Assembly: GCF_004010195.1 (NCBI RefSeq)
Contig: NC_057718.1
Location: 101,884,197-101,948,196, forward strand
DNA length: 64,000 bases
Reading direction: 5' to 3'
Source of the DNA: Chiloscyllium plagiosum
Taxonomy: Eukaryota
Below, piece by piece: positions 25,018 to 37,679 of the stretch. Each line of letters opens with the position of its first letter. The stretch's first letter is position 1. A model generated the notes under the pieces. That model was not told the DNA's origin. It saw nothing but the letters and a program-made list of their open reading frames with translations, and did no database searches. Made by a program: the position numbers and the translations under genes.

Positions 25018-25213
25018 GATTTGGAGATGCCGCTGTTGGACTGGAGTGTACAAAGTTAAAAATCACACAACACCAGGTTATAGTCCAACAGGTTTAATTT
25101 GAAGCACACTAGCTTTCAGAGCGACGCTACACTATCACCTGATGAAGGAGCGTCGCTCCGAAAGCTAGTGTGCTTCCAATTAAACCCGTTGGACTATAAC
25201 CTGGTGTTGTGTA
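25018..25213. mobile_element. Penelope-derived inverted element (family 2) with 13-bp TSD
   Basis: AATAAATAGACAA at 25005-25017 and 25214-25226; inverted arms cacaacaccaggttatagtccaac / gttggactataacctggtgttgtg. Confidence 0.85.
25136..25170 (+). ncRNA. Minimal type I hammerhead ribozyme motif (family 2)
   Basis: CAC-CTGATGA-A-GGAGC gtc GCTCC-GAAA-G-CTA-GTG: stem I CAC/GTG, 5-bp stem II, CUA triplet, palindromic AGCT at stem III. Confidence 0.8.
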
Positions 25214-25820
25214 AATAAATAGACAAAGTCTCTTTCCTGAGGTGGGGGAGTCCAGAATTAGAGGGCACAGATTTAGGGTGAGAGGGGAAAGATATAAAAG
25301 GGACCCAAGGGGCAACTTTTTCACACAGATGGTGGTGTGTGTATAGATTGAGCTACCAGACGACGTGGTGGAGGCTAGTACGATTGCAACATTTAAACGG
25401 CATCTGGATGGGTATATGAATAGGAAGGGTTTGGAGGAATATGGGCCAAGTGTTGGCAAATGGGGCTAGATTTGGTTGGGTTATCTGTTCAGCATGGATG
25501 AGTTGGACCAAGGGGTCTGTTTCCATGCTGTACATCTCTGTCTATGACTCTATGGTTCATGCACAAGGGCGCCCAGGTAACTCTGCACAGCAGCATGCTG
25601 CAATTTTTCACCATTTAAGTAATACCTCCAGTGTGTCTGTGATGGTAACGCAGCACATATTTATACCTACACAGTGACTGACTGTGTTTGCTGACATGGA
25701 GGATAAATCAGGGCAAAGTTTCTCACATTGTCATCACATTGATTTTGAGTGACCTGGAAAATAAATCTTTTTTTCGGTGCTTTGGGGGAGTTGAAGTGGA
25801 ATGTATGTTTTGTCTTTCAG

Positions 25821-25960
25821 ATGCGATCTCAACTGGCCGTGTAGTTGATGACTACATTGCACCCGACTGCAGGTTTCTCAACCTGAAGGAGGGACAGCTG
25901 ATCTACATCTATTCCAAGCTGGTTCGGGAACGTAAAGGAGGCGAATTCTGGTCAGGAAGT
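25821..25960 (+). CDS. OTOR: Otoraplin exon 2
   Basis: tgtctttcag acceptor; (Y)AISTGRVVDDYIAPDCRFLNLKEGQLIYIYSKLVRERKGGEFWSGS; 140 nt; donor GTAAGT. Confidence 0.96.
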
Positions 25961-26068
25961 GTAAGTCCGTGCATTTTACGCAGAAAGCAATCATTCTGAA
26001 AATCACTAACCACCTCTTTGCCATGTATTTGTCTACTGCATGTTCACATTTTGACTCTCCCTTGACAG

Positions 26069-26179
26069 ATTTACAGCGAGGAGCCTGTCGATGAGATGGG
26101 TGTTGTCGGTTATTTCCCCAGCACTATAATCGATGAGCAGTATGTGTTCCAGAACACAACAGTGCGACTTCCCACCACC
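26069..26179 (+). CDS. OTOR: Otoraplin exon 3
   Basis: cttgacag acceptor; IYSEEPVDEMGVVGYFPSTIIDEQYVFQNTTVRLPTT; donor GTGAGT. Confidence 0.96.
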
Positions 26180-27100
26180 GTGAGTATTTGACTGAGTCTT
26201 TCAGAAGCATCCACAGAGTCAGAATTAATCTTTTAGCCACTTTCCAACTGCATTAAGAATGTGTCTTTCTCTCTTTGCTGTCTTCTCTCCCTGAATACTC
26301 TCCTCTCACCCTTCCCTAGCCTCTCTCCTGGGCCTGATCCTGTTAAACTCTTATGTTAGTTGTAAATAGTTAAGTAAGTCCAGCTTAATTTTATCTATGA
26401 CTTTTCCCTTTGTAAAGCACACCCCTGCTTCTGGAGCTGAGAGAGTTGATCAGTTCTGATGGGTTGTAAGTCATTGAGGTCTACAGCACAGACTGTCCCT
26501 GAGTCTGTGTCAGCAAAAAAAAACTATTCAAATCCCATTCTCCAGCACTTGGATCATAGCCTTGTTTATCTTGGGCATCCCAAGTGCGCATCTAAATACT
26601 TTCTAAATGTTCTCAGGCTTTCTGCCTGAACCTCACAGGCAGTCAGTTCCAGATTCCCACCACTCAACGGGTGAAAAGGTTTCTCCTCACGCTCCCTCGA
26701 AACCCCCTGCCCCTTAAATCTAACTCCCCCCATTATCGATCCTTCCGGTTGAGCCCCCACCAGATTCCCGAGGGTTCTTGATGGTGGAAACCAGCCTCGG
26801 AGAAGGGAGGGGGTGATGGAGGAGCTGGAAATTGGAGGAGGACCCTTTCCCGGTGGATCCTGCTTGGAGGCTCATCAAAATCGGATCAGTCTCGGGGTGG
26901 GGGTGGGGATTTTGGAAGGGGGCGGGGTGGTGATGACTGGACCCGCTCTGGAAATTGTCACAGGAATTCATTGCCTGTCAGGGTGGGAGAGGCAGAAACC
27001 CCCATCAATTTTACTAAGTATTTTGATGCATTTAGACGTTGCAGTACCGAGACATAAAAGGCTTTAGGCCAAGAGGTGGAACATGGGATTGAATAGTTAG

Positions 27101-27385
27101 AGTGGCATGGTGGCTCAGTGGTTAGCACTGCTGCCTTGCAGCACCAGTGTCCTGGGTTTGATTCTACCCTTGGAAGTCTGTCTGCATAGAGTTTTCACGT
27201 TCTCCTTGGTTTTGCTCTAGTTTCCTCCCACACTCCAAAGATGTGCAGGTTAGGGTGGATTGGCCATGTTAAATTGTCCCATAGTGTCCTGCGTTATGCA
27301 GGCTAGGTGGATTAGCCATGGGAAATGCAGATATAGGGTAGGAGGGTCAGGGTGGGCCGAATGGCCTGCCTCCACGCGATAAGGA
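27101..27385 (+). mobile_element. HE1-type SINE
   Basis: A/B boxes and conserved core. Confidence 0.85.
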
Positions 27386-27485
27386 TTATATGGTTGTCTT
27401 TAACTAGCATCACATGATGGGCTGAGGGGTATTTTACTGTGCTGTAGACCCCCATGAATCTATGCTCAGGGTTAGTTATAACAAC

Positions 27486-27671
27486 NNNNNNNNNNNNNNN
27501 NNNNNNNNNNNNNNNNNNNNNNNNNNNNNNNNNNNNNNNNNNNNNNNNNNNNNNNNNNNNNNNNNNNNNNNNNNNNNNNNNNNNNNNNNNNNNNNNNNNN
27601 NNNNNNNNNNNNNNNNNNNNNNNNNNNNNNNNNNNNNNNNNNNNNNNNNNNNNNNNNNNNNNNNNNNNNNN
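27486..27671. other. Assembly gap (N run) in OTOR intron 3
   Basis: Run of N. Confidence 1.
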
Positions 27672-28289
27672 TGTGGACACTCCTCCAATCTCCCCACCTG
27701 TACCATGAGGAGGTGTGCCTTTGACTGTTGGCTTGGGGCCTGGTGTTCCCTCTCCTCCTCCTCTCTACCATCCTTAAAATCCTGCTGTTAAACCGAGATC
27801 CTGGCCACTAGCCCATTAACTCACGAGCAAAGGTCGTGCCAATGCTCACTGCTGCTTTAAAGAATGAGCGGTGATTTCATTGAAACATATCAAAGAGAAT
27901 TGGACAGGGGGGATGAGAGGTGGTCCCCCTTTGTAGCAGAGACAAGAACTGGGGAGAGACACTGTCTCATATTAAAGCTGCCCAGATGGACATCAGAGAC
28001 TGTGTGCATTAGCAACAATACTCTTATCAACGTAGTCATAAATACCAGTGAATGAGCCTGTACAAAGTGTGTTGTATGTTCTATGTACACGACATGCGTG
28101 AAAACACGCAGGGCCCCACTTCTTGCTCATCTATTCATGAACTCTTCAAGTTAATAGCTCTGTTAACTTTATCATTACTGGAAAGTTGTCTTCCATGTGT
28201 TGTCCTGGTAGGAAAAGCCTTATGGACGTTGTAACACTAAATAAATTAAAGGAGCAGACAGACAGGTTTTAATTAACAGTAGGTTCAGA

Positions 28290-28625
28290 GAATCTCTACA
28301 GTGTAGAAACAGGCCCTTCGGCCCAACAAGTCCACAATGACACTCCAAAGAGTAACCCACCCAGACCCATTCCCCGTACATTTATCCCTGACTAATGCAC
28401 CTAACATACACATCCCTGAACACTATGGACAATGTAGCCTGGCCAATCCACCCTGACCTGCACATCTTTGGACTGTTGGAGGAAACCAGAGCACTTGGAG
28501 GAAACCCAAGCAGACACGGGGAGAATGTGCAAACTCCATGCAGACAGTCAGCCGAGGCTGGAATCGAACCTGGGTCCCTGGCGTTGTAAAACAGCAGTGC
28601 TAACCCCCGAGTCACCATGCCGTCC
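28290..28625 (-). mobile_element. HE1-type SINE
   Basis: Reverse-complement B box ggaatcgaacc and conserved core. Confidence 0.88.
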
Positions 28626-29085
28626 ATTGAAGGATTCCGGGGAGTGGGCAGGAAAGTGGGGTTGAGGCTATGATGAGATCAGCCATGATCATATCCAGCA
28701 GCAGTGCAGATTTGAAGGGCTGAATGGTCTCCTCCTGCTCCCAGTGCTTATGTTCTTCTCGAATCTGATCACAATAAACTTACAATAAAAGGACAATATT
28801 GTTGATGCTGGAAATCTGAAACAAACTCAAAGTGCTGGAGAAACTCAGCAGGCCTCGCACCATCTGTGGAGAGAGAGAAACTGAGTTAATGTTTTGAGTT
28901 TGGTGAAACTTCTTCAGAACAGAGCATGGTCAAGTTATACTGCCTGATGAGGGAAATGGTTTAACTCACCCTTTCAATATGTTCTTAATGACTGACGGAT
29001 GTTTCTAAATGACAGAGTTTAAGGAAGTGGTGATTAATTGGTTTTAGAATCTGCTCTTCCCATTTTGTTTCAAATTTCCCCTCAG

Positions 29086-29109
29086 GCTATTGACTTCTAC
29101 TGTGACTGA
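29086..29109 (+). CDS. OTOR: Otoraplin exon 4 (last coding exon)
   Basis: tttcccctcag acceptor; AIDFYCD-TGA matches the conserved DIDFFCE-type C-terminus; AATAAA at 29126-29131. Confidence 0.93.
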   Translation, partial: AIDFYCD

Positions 29110-29424
29110 TGTTAACGACCAGCTCAATAAACAGTGTCATCAAAGAAAAATGTGGAGCTAATTACGACGTCAATGAGAAGATCATTTGTGTTCCCTGTTG
29201 CCGGGAGCTTTAATGGAAGTTCTGTCCCATTCCATGTACTGCAAGTGGAAATCTGATCTAAGTCACCTGTTTTGTACCTTTCTGTTGTTAGATTTGTTTG
29301 GAAAGTCCATTTATTTTTCATTGATGGGAGATAGCTGGCTATAAAACTTTAATTGCTCTATTTAATATGAATTCTACTGTTTAGGAGCAACTGATTGATT
29401 AATTCTCCAAGGACACTCACCACA

Positions 29425-30100
29425 GAATTGCTGTATCGCTAAAAGAGGCCATTCGAGCCATTGTGCCTGTACTAACACTATTAACCAGTCACTGGATTAT
29501 CTAGTAACAATCTCCTGCCTTTTCCCCATATCCTTGCACCACACTTCTATCTAAATAACCATCCAATGTCCCTCTTGAATGCCTAAATTGAACCTGCCTC
29601 CACCACATTTCCAGGCAGTGTAGTCCACACCCTAACCACTCGCTGGGTGAAAATGCCTTTTCTCACTTCATTTTTGCTTCATCGCTTCAAATCACTTTTA
29701 TGTCCTGCTCATTCTTGTTTCTTTTATGATTGGGGAACAGCTTCTCCCTGTCTGCTCTATCTAATCCATTCATGAGTTTGAAAACCTCTGCCAATTCTCC
29801 TCCCAGTCTTCTCCTGTCCAAGGAGAACAGTCCCAAATTCTTCAGTCTACCCTCACTGCTGAAGTTCCTCATCCCAGGAACCATTCTTGTGAATCACTTC
29901 TGCTCCCTCTCTCCAATGTATTTACTTCTTTCTGATAATGTCAAGCCCACAACTGTACACTGTACTCCAGCTGAGGTCTAACAAATGTCTTGTACAAGTT
30001 CAACATCACTCCTTGCTCTTGTACCCTATGCCCCTGTTAATAAAGCTGAGAGCACTCTATACTTTATTAACCGCTCTCTCAAGCGCTGTCCCTCCACCTT
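29425..30100 (-). mobile_element. CR1 3' fragment
   Basis: MVPGMRNFSSEGRLKNLGLFSLDRRRLGGELAEVFKLM. Confidence 0.85.
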
Positions 30101-30361
30101 CAATGTTTAGATGTTATGTTCAGCTTCAGTGTGTATATGAACCATGGGTTATCCATAGTGTACCAGTAACCATACACTCTACAGCTCTTGAAAGATACAT
30201 ACAAGCAATATTAAAGCATTTTAATTTGATTCATTCATTCATGTTTGTTCTGTGATTTGTGTGTGGTTAACAGCATCAGGATAGCAGGTTTTAAGAAATA
30301 GAAGGCTGTTGTATAAAGCATTAGATAAAGTCACCATAGCATCACTCCCTCATTAGAGAGA

Positions 30362-30632
30362 CCACTGCTGCTCACAGCACCAGGGACCCGGGTTCGATTC
30401 CACCCTTGGACAACTGTCTGTCTAGAGATTACACATTCTCCCCGTGTGTGCATGGATTTCCTCCGGGTGCTCCGGTTTCCTCCCACAGTCCAAAGCTTAG
30501 GTGGACTAGCTTTGGGAAGTGCAAGATTACAGGGATGGGGTAGAGGGGTTGGATCTGGGTGAGATGTGCTTTGGAGGGTCGTTGTGGACTTGATGGGCCG
30601 AATGGCCTGATTCCACACTGTAGGGATTCTAT
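30362..30632 (+). mobile_element. HE1-type SINE, partly deleted
   Basis: B box GGTTCGATTCC and 3' half. Confidence 0.8.
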
Positions 30633-30989
30633 GAAACTGAGGGTCACCATGTCTCAGGAGAGGTTGAGAACGAGAATCCTTCATAGCAACCGTATCTGGT
30701 GTGGGAATTGAACCCTCGCTGCTGGCGCCACTCTGAAAACTAACTGACCCCCCCCCCCCCCCCCGTCTGATCGCATTAATCATTAACCACTATCCATTGT
30801 CCCTACTTAACAGGCAACAATTGTAACTATGCAAGGAGTTTGCTGTTAGTTGCACCAACACATGATGCAAGGATCAAGAAATAATCAGCAGTCTTTTATT
30901 TCCCTTCCTCTTTGACCTTTAATGATATTTGTCTTCAGGCAAATGAGTTAATTATAAAAAATGATCAAAGCATCTCCGACTGAAACCTG

Positions 30990-31320
30990 ACTTGGAGGTG
31001 CCGTTGTTGGACTGGTGTGTACAAAGTTAAAAATCACACAACACCAGGTTATAGTCCAACAGGTATAAAGGCAGAGAGCCTGAAGCGTGGAGAGATAAGC
31101 TCGAGTAGGGTGGGGGTGGGGATAGAGTAGAAAGTGAGGTCTGCAGATGCTGGAGATCAGAGATGGAAATGTGTTGCTGGTGAGGCGTTCTTCCTCCAGG
31201 CATCTGGTGGTGAGGGAGCGGCGGTGAAGGAGGCCCAGGACCTCCATGTCCTCGGCAGAGTGGGAGGGGGAGTTGAAATGTTGGGCCACGGGGCGGTTTG
31301 GTTGATTGGTGCGGGTCTCC
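30990..31320 (-). mobile_element. Penelope-like element fragment (GIY-YIG endonuclease C-terminal region) joined to family 1 and family 2 terminal sequences
   Basis: PVAQHFNSPSHSAEDMEVLGLLHRRSLTTRCLEEERL resembles the PLE endonuclease C-terminus; adjacent ctccagcatctgcag, ctctccacgcttcaggctctctgccttta and gttggactataacctggtg segments. Confidence 0.8.
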
Positions 31321-31769
31321 CATAACTACTGAAACCTGTTTGTCTGCTTTCTGATGGCAGTGATACAATGCCACCCTCTGCTGGAAGATGGACAGTACTG
31401 CACAAGCATCATCAGACAGGAGACAGGAGGGGAGCGAATTCGTACGTCTTTGTTTCTCTGAAGTATACTTCATTCATAAAAAGTTATAGGAGTATATTAC
31501 GTCCTATTATTGAAAACTGAGATTGCAGAAGATGCAAACAAAAACAATTACCTCAAGTATTGGATGTCACTCACTACATTCCCAAACATTAATAGAGCAA
31601 GTTGTTGCTTATTAGAGACTTGCTTAACTCTGAAAGTATAAACATCCCAGGGTCTCAATAATGGTGAGAAATCTGGCAGAGTCACTTGAGAAGTCAAGTG
31701 AAACTTATCTCAACATTGGGAACAACAATTCACATTTTCCTCACGATTCATAAGGATTGCCTTATGGGG

Positions 31770-32150
31770 AAATGTTAGAAGGTTAGATCTTCGCAGTTTC
31801 GAAGAGTTAGAGGTGACTTTATTGAAACATACCAGACTTGCTGGGGTGGATGTGGAAATGATATTTCCACCTGTGGGAGAATCTAAAACTGGGGTCACTG
31901 TTTTAAAGCAAGGGGCACCCATTGAAAACAGCCACAAGGAAACATTTTCTCTCTGAGGGTTGAGAATATTTGGAATTCTCTTCCTCAAAAGGCAGTGGAT
32001 GCAGAATCTTTAAATATTTTTAAGGCAGTGATTCTTGATTCCCAAGTTTATCGGGATATGGAGGAGGGCAGATTCAGGTTAAAATCAGATCTTATTGAAT
32101 GGTGGAGCAGGCGCGAAGGGCTGAGTGGTTTACTCCTGTTCCTTGTTTAT
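31770..32150 (+). mobile_element. CR1 3' fragment, decayed
   Basis: gaagagttagaggtgactttattgaaacata..atggtggagcagg..tactcctgttcct. Confidence 0.7.
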
Positions 32151-33524
32151 CTGTTTCACTCAGTCCCAGAGTGAAGACAGGATTCTCGCTCGGGGAGGAC
32201 TGCTGCTCCTTATCGCCTTCCTTCCAACCTGACGTTACCTCATTAATCTGCAGCTTTCTCCTCTCTCTTCCCCCCCCTTCCACTGGAGAGAAACCACACA
32301 TCAAGAATTTCCAGCATGAAAGTCTGAGCGGCTACTGGCCATTTCCCCTCATCTTCCGACACCCAGCACCGACATCTCAGCCCCAGGGTCTCCGTACACC
32401 CCCATCTATATTAATGATGGCATCTGACACATGCCAGACTCTCTACCCTCATTGGCACATCTCTGAGAGTGTCATTGTGAAAGGGTCAGCGATTGACCAG
32501 GGATGGGCAGTATTGCAGTTGCACAGGGGTCAAACCTTGGGTAACTATTGGCTTAAGTGAGTCGGAACCCTCCGATTTCTCCACCTTTAATGGATTCTTT
32601 TGAAATGTTCCAGAAGACTGGAGAGATGTTCCAATCTCCAAATTCCCAGGATGTTACCAGGGAGTCAGCTACATTTGGGATTTCACAGGGTCCTGAGTGT
32701 TCACCTTCACTTTGTGTTGCTTCGAGCACACTCTGACCCTTGGAATATCTAGGATATTTAAAACCTCTCTCTTCGCTCTCCATTATCCTCCCCGACGTGT
32801 ATTTGTCCATTGACCTGTATTTACTCACTGACCTATACATTCTCCTGTGCTCCCACCTCTCACACGTTCACTGATGACAGTGCATCAGTTAAAGTGCTTC
32901 AAATTATTTCCCCTCGAGGCCGGCCTACTCTACTCTAACATTGGCCACCTCCTGCATATTGTTTTTCGCCATTGGCTGATGGTGCAAGGTCTGGAGGGGT
33001 CAGTTTAATCAAGAGGGGCAGAAGGTTGCACTTGTTAATGTTGAAACACACAAAATAGCAGCAGTAGTAGGCCATTCAGCCCTGCAAGTCTGCTGCCCCA
33101 TTCAATAAGATGATGGCTGATCATCCAACTCAGTCCCCTGTACCCACTTTCTCCCCCATACCCTTTTTTGCCCTAAGAACTGAGTTTTGTATTAGTGAAT
33201 TTGTACTGCTTTGGTTTACACTTTCCGCGATATGAACTTTCATTATCAGGGCCATAATGTACTTTTATAAATTATCATGAACGAGCTCTCTGACAGAGAA
33301 GCACATGACATGCCTCCTGGCAAACTCTGATGGTTTCCCCTCTGCTTTGCAGCACTGACCGGACTCCAGCAGAGGGTGGCATTGTATCACTTTCAGAGGT
33401 GGGGGGATTCTTGGTAAGCAAATGGAGGTGAGAGGTGAGATTAGGGGTCGGAGGCAAAGTGGAGTAATCCAATCAGTCATGTTCTTATGGAATGATGCAG
33501 CATGGCTCAAGGGGCAGAGCGGCT

Positions 33525-34425
33525 GACTATAAGACATAGGAGCAGCAATTAGGCCATTCAGTCCATCGAGTCTGCTCTGCCATTCAATCGTGGCTGATAT
33601 GTTCCTCAACCCCATTCTCCCCATAACCCTCGATCCCCTTGATCCTCAAGAACCTAGCCATCTCAGTCTTAAATATACTCGATGACCCGGCCTCCACAGC
33701 CTTCTGTGGCAATGAATCACAGATTCACCACTCTCTGGCTGAAGACGTTTCTCCTTATCTCCATTCTAAAAGATCTTCCCTTTACTCTAAGGCTGTGCCC
33801 TTGGATCTTAGTCTCTCCTGCCAATGGCAACACCTTCTGTCCAGGCCATTCAGTATTCTGTATGTTTCAAATAGATTCCCCGTCATCCTTCTAAACTCCA
33901 TTGTGTATAAACCCAGACTCCTCAAACCTTCCTCATATGTTAAGCTTTTCATTCCCTGGACAATTCTCGCTAACCTCCTCTGAACATGTTCCAAGGACAG
34001 TAAATCCTTCCTGAGATATGGTGCCCAAAACTGTGCACAATACTCCAAGTGTGGTCGGACCAGGCCCTGATAGAGCATAATAAGTATATCCCTACTTTTA
34101 TATTCAAGTCCTCTCAAAATAAATGCCATCATTGCATTTGCCTTCCTAAGTACTGAGTCAACCTGCAAGTTTACCGTGAGAGAATCCTGGACCAGAACTC
34201 TCAAGTCTCTTTGCACTTCAGACTTATGAATGTTCTCCCCATTTAGAAAATAGTCCAGGCGCCTATTCCTTCCAATGTGCACGACCTCACACTTTCCCAC
34301 GTTGTACTCCATCTGCCACTTGCTTGCCCACTCTCCTAAACTGTCCAAATCCTTCTGCAGCCTCCCTGCCACCTCAGTACTATCTGTCCCTCTACCTATC
34401 TTTGTATCATCTGCAAACGTAGCCT
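33525..34425 (-). mobile_element. CR1 3' fragment (RT C-terminal half)
   Basis: RLQKDLDSLGEWASKWQMEYNVGKCEVVH, LVRPHLEYCAQFWAPY. Confidence 0.92.
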
Positions 34426-36043
34426 ACTCCTGTTTCTAACCCGAATGTTTGTAACTATTCTGATGTGGAAACATGTTTTTTAAGGCTTGTGTCAGATAGG
34501 CGCTTTATCCACATCTCCAAACTGATTCAAGACGTCCTCAGCATTTTCAAAAATATTTTAATGTGATTTAAAAAGAGTAACTGAAGGTGGCAGCAAAACT
34601 GAAGTAATTTCATCTTGTCTCCCCTTCTCACTCACTCTCCTTTATTATTTACAACTCACTTAGAAATATAAATAACAAGAACATGGATATTCAAGCTTTA
34701 ATGTGTGAGCATTCGTTAGCCCTCGTTTAATCTGGTGGAGAACTTCCCCATCAAACAAAACAAAATAACACAAACAAAATCCTGCGGTTGCCAGAAATCG
34801 AAAACACTGAGACCGCTGGAGAAACTGAGCAGGTCTGGCAGAACCTGTGGAGAGAGAGAGAGAGAGAGAGAAAAAAACAAAGTGAATGATTCTGGACTGG
34901 AGACCCTTCTTTAGAACTGAGCCCTCCCGCCCAAGAAATGAAACTATCAGAAAGTGTAGATGTGGATGAAAGGCTTTTCTGAGCTGCCAATTAAAGCCTT
35001 TAATTGTTCCATTTGATATCCGCTTGGACAAGGGCTTCCCAAAGATTGTGGGACCAGGACCCCAAGGGCGGGGGGGAGGGGACTGAAATTTCAGGGTCGT
35101 GAGCCCTGAAACAGCAATGACCATCACGGAGCTGGATCTGAGCCTCCCCCTCCCACCGGGTGTAACAGAGTCATCGTCTCCAGAGCCTTCACTAGCACCT
35201 AGCACCTCCCCCCCTCACCCCCACAGCCCACTCCCACACTGTTCCTTCCTGCTGTTGTGGACTTGGTACTGCTTCTGAAAGGGTTAAGGTTTGGAGTCTG
35301 TATTAGACTCCTCCCAATCCGATGATACACGCAATCTGAGGTAGGGAACAGGGATCAGACATGCTCCCCCACCCTGCCCCGACCCCTGAGAGTCTGAAGG
35401 ACTTTGTCTCATTGGCCTCTGGAATGTCTATCTATTTTTGTTGGGCAGTAAACTGCCTCCTGCTGCTAAGACTCATTACTGGAGAATCCCCATCCACCTT
35501 TACCAGGCAGAAGGATCGGAGAACTCCTGTGGTAGTGTCCCCACCTCTGAGCCAAAGGTGGGTTCAAGTCCCACCTGCACCAGAGGTGGGGTCATAACAT
35601 CCCTGAGCGGGTTGATCAGAAAGATGGAGGAAGGAAGGGTTGGTGCCAGCACTCTGTCCTCAATCAGCAGCTGCTAATCCCCCAGCACACGTGACCGACA
35701 ATTTGACAATTTCTGAGCCTCAACAAGGGGTCCCTGGAGGGTAATGATTGGCTGACCTGGGGCCTTGCAGTCACATGAGGTCAGCTGCACGAATGCAGCC
35801 TGGGAGTGTTTCCCTCTGTCAGCTTCCGTCTGCATAAAGCTGAGGGACTGGACTGGGCTGGGCTGGGCTTGGAGGTGGGGGGGACGGCAGGAACTTTAAT
35901 TCCAAGTGTATCTCAATGAGGCTTGAACCCACGTGCATTAACCCATCAGCCCCCAGTGATATTACCACCAGTAACCCTTCCCCCAGAGCAACACAAAGGG
36001 GGTAGCAGAGGATTCAGGAGGGAAATCCAGAGCTCAGGGCACA

Positions 36044-37497
36044 GTGCAGCACGGCCACCAACAGTGGAGCAATGGAAATTTGGGAATGTGCAGCATGGTC
36101 ACCAACGGTAGAGCGATGGGAATTTGGGAATGTGCAGCACGGATACCAACGGTGGAACAATGGGAATTTGGGAATGTACAGCATGGTCACCAACAGTGGA
36201 GCGAATGGAATTTGGGAATGTACAGCACGGTCACCAACAGTGGAGCGAATGGAATTTGGGAATGTACAGCACGGTCACCAACAGTGGAGCAATGGGAATT
36301 TGGGAATGTGCAGCATTGCCAACAGCGGTGGAGCAATGGGAATTTGGGAATGTACAGCACGGTCACCAACGGTGGAGCAATGGGAATTTGGGAATGTGCA
36401 GCACGGTCACCAACGGTGGAGCAATGGGAATTTGGGAATGTGTAGCACGGTCACCAACGGTGGAGCAATGGGAATTTGGGAATGTGCAGCATGGTCACCA
36501 ACGGTGGAGCGATGGGAATTTGGGAATGTGCAGCATTGCCAACAGCGGTGGAGCAATGGGAATTTGGGAATGTGCAGCATGGTCACCAACGGTGGAGCAA
36601 TGGGAATTTGGGAATGTGCAGCCCAGTGATATTACCACCAGTAACCCTTCCCCCAGAGCAATACAAAGGGGGTAGCAGAGGATTCAGGAGGGAAATCCAG
36701 AGCTCAGGGCACAGTGCAGCATGGTCACCAACGGTGGAGCGATGGGAATTTGGGAATGTACAGCACGGATACCAACGGTGGAACAATGGGAATTTGGGAA
36801 TGTGCAGCACGGTCACCAACAGTGGAGCAATGGGAATTTGGGAATGTACAGCATGGTCACCAACAGTGGAGCGATGGGAATTTGGGAATGTACAGCACGG
36901 TCACCAACAGTGGAGCAATGGGAATTTGGGAATGTACAGCATGGTCACCAACGGGTGGAGCAATGTGAATTTGGGAATGTGCAGCACGGTCACCAACGGT
37001 GGAGCGATGGGAATTTGGGAATGTGCAGCACGGTCACCAATGGTGGAGCAATGGGAATTTGGGAATGTGCAGCATGGTCACCAACGGTGGAGCGATGGGA
37101 ATTTGGGAATGTGCAGCATTGCCAACAGCGGTGGAGCGAATGGAATTTGGGAATGTACAGCACGGTCACCAACAGTGGAGCAATGGGAATTTGGGAATGT
37201 GCAGCACGGTCACCAACGGTGGAGCGATGTGAATTTGGGAATGTGCAGCACGGTCACCAACGGTAGAGCAATGGGAATTTGGGAATGTGCAGCACGGTCA
37301 CCAACGGTGGAGCGATGGGAATTTTGGAATGTGCAGCACGGTCACCAACGGTGGAACCATGTGAATTTGGGAATGTGCAGCACGGTCACCAACGGTGGAG
37401 CGATGGGAATTTGGGAATGTGCAGCACAGTCACCAACAGTGGAGCGATGGGAATTTGGGAATGTGCAGCATGGACGCCAACGGTGGAGCAATGGGAA
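36044..37497 (+). repeat. 44-bp minisatellite, about 31 units in two blocks
   Basis: Unit gtgcagcacggtcaccaacggtggagcaatgggaatttgggaat; blocks separated by a copy of about 100 bp (36620-36720) of the left flank (35947-36050). Confidence 0.97.
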
Positions 37498-37679
37498 TCA
37501 GGAACATGCAAAAAGGCTGAATGAGAGACCTTGGAACGCCACACCTTAAGGTCTCGTGCCATTTGGCCTTTGATCATCTCCCCCCTCCCAGTGTTCTCCC
37601 CCTCATCCGAGCCCCTTTGACACCATCCTGTCACATGAATGTTTCCTGTTGACCCACCCAGCCTCCTCCCCCAGAGCAC

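Larger units (their letters stand above)
23066..25552 (+). mobile_element. CR1 LINE, 5'-truncated, decayed RT region to 3' end; carries two nested Penelope-derived insertions
   Basis: KSPGPDQVYPR, PGNYRPVSLTSVVGK, YMDFS..F.KV.H, SKFAGDTK, RPLLEYCVQFW; nested inserts at about 24085-24180 and 25018-25213. Confidence 0.92.

Noticed and set aside
27312-27791. ORFs with X runs (also 41560-42954)
   Set aside because: Artefacts of translating through N gaps
15373-29109. Alternative identity as MIA, MIA2 or MIA3/TANGO1
   Set aside because: Short 4-exon product ending IDFYCD-stop, the EMGVVGYFP motif and KIF16B adjacency fit OTOR
32553-32840. Minus-strand ORF starting MYRS, like the bird filensin N-terminus, with upstream CCAAT motifs
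   Set aside because: Similarity limited to four residues; no rod sequence or splice pattern; second half looks like repeat-derived sequence
36044-37549. Long ORFs (up to 357 aa) in all three + frames, and CRISPR-like regularity
   Set aside because: Product of a stop-free 44-bp tandem unit; no unique spacers or cas genes; vertebrate DNA
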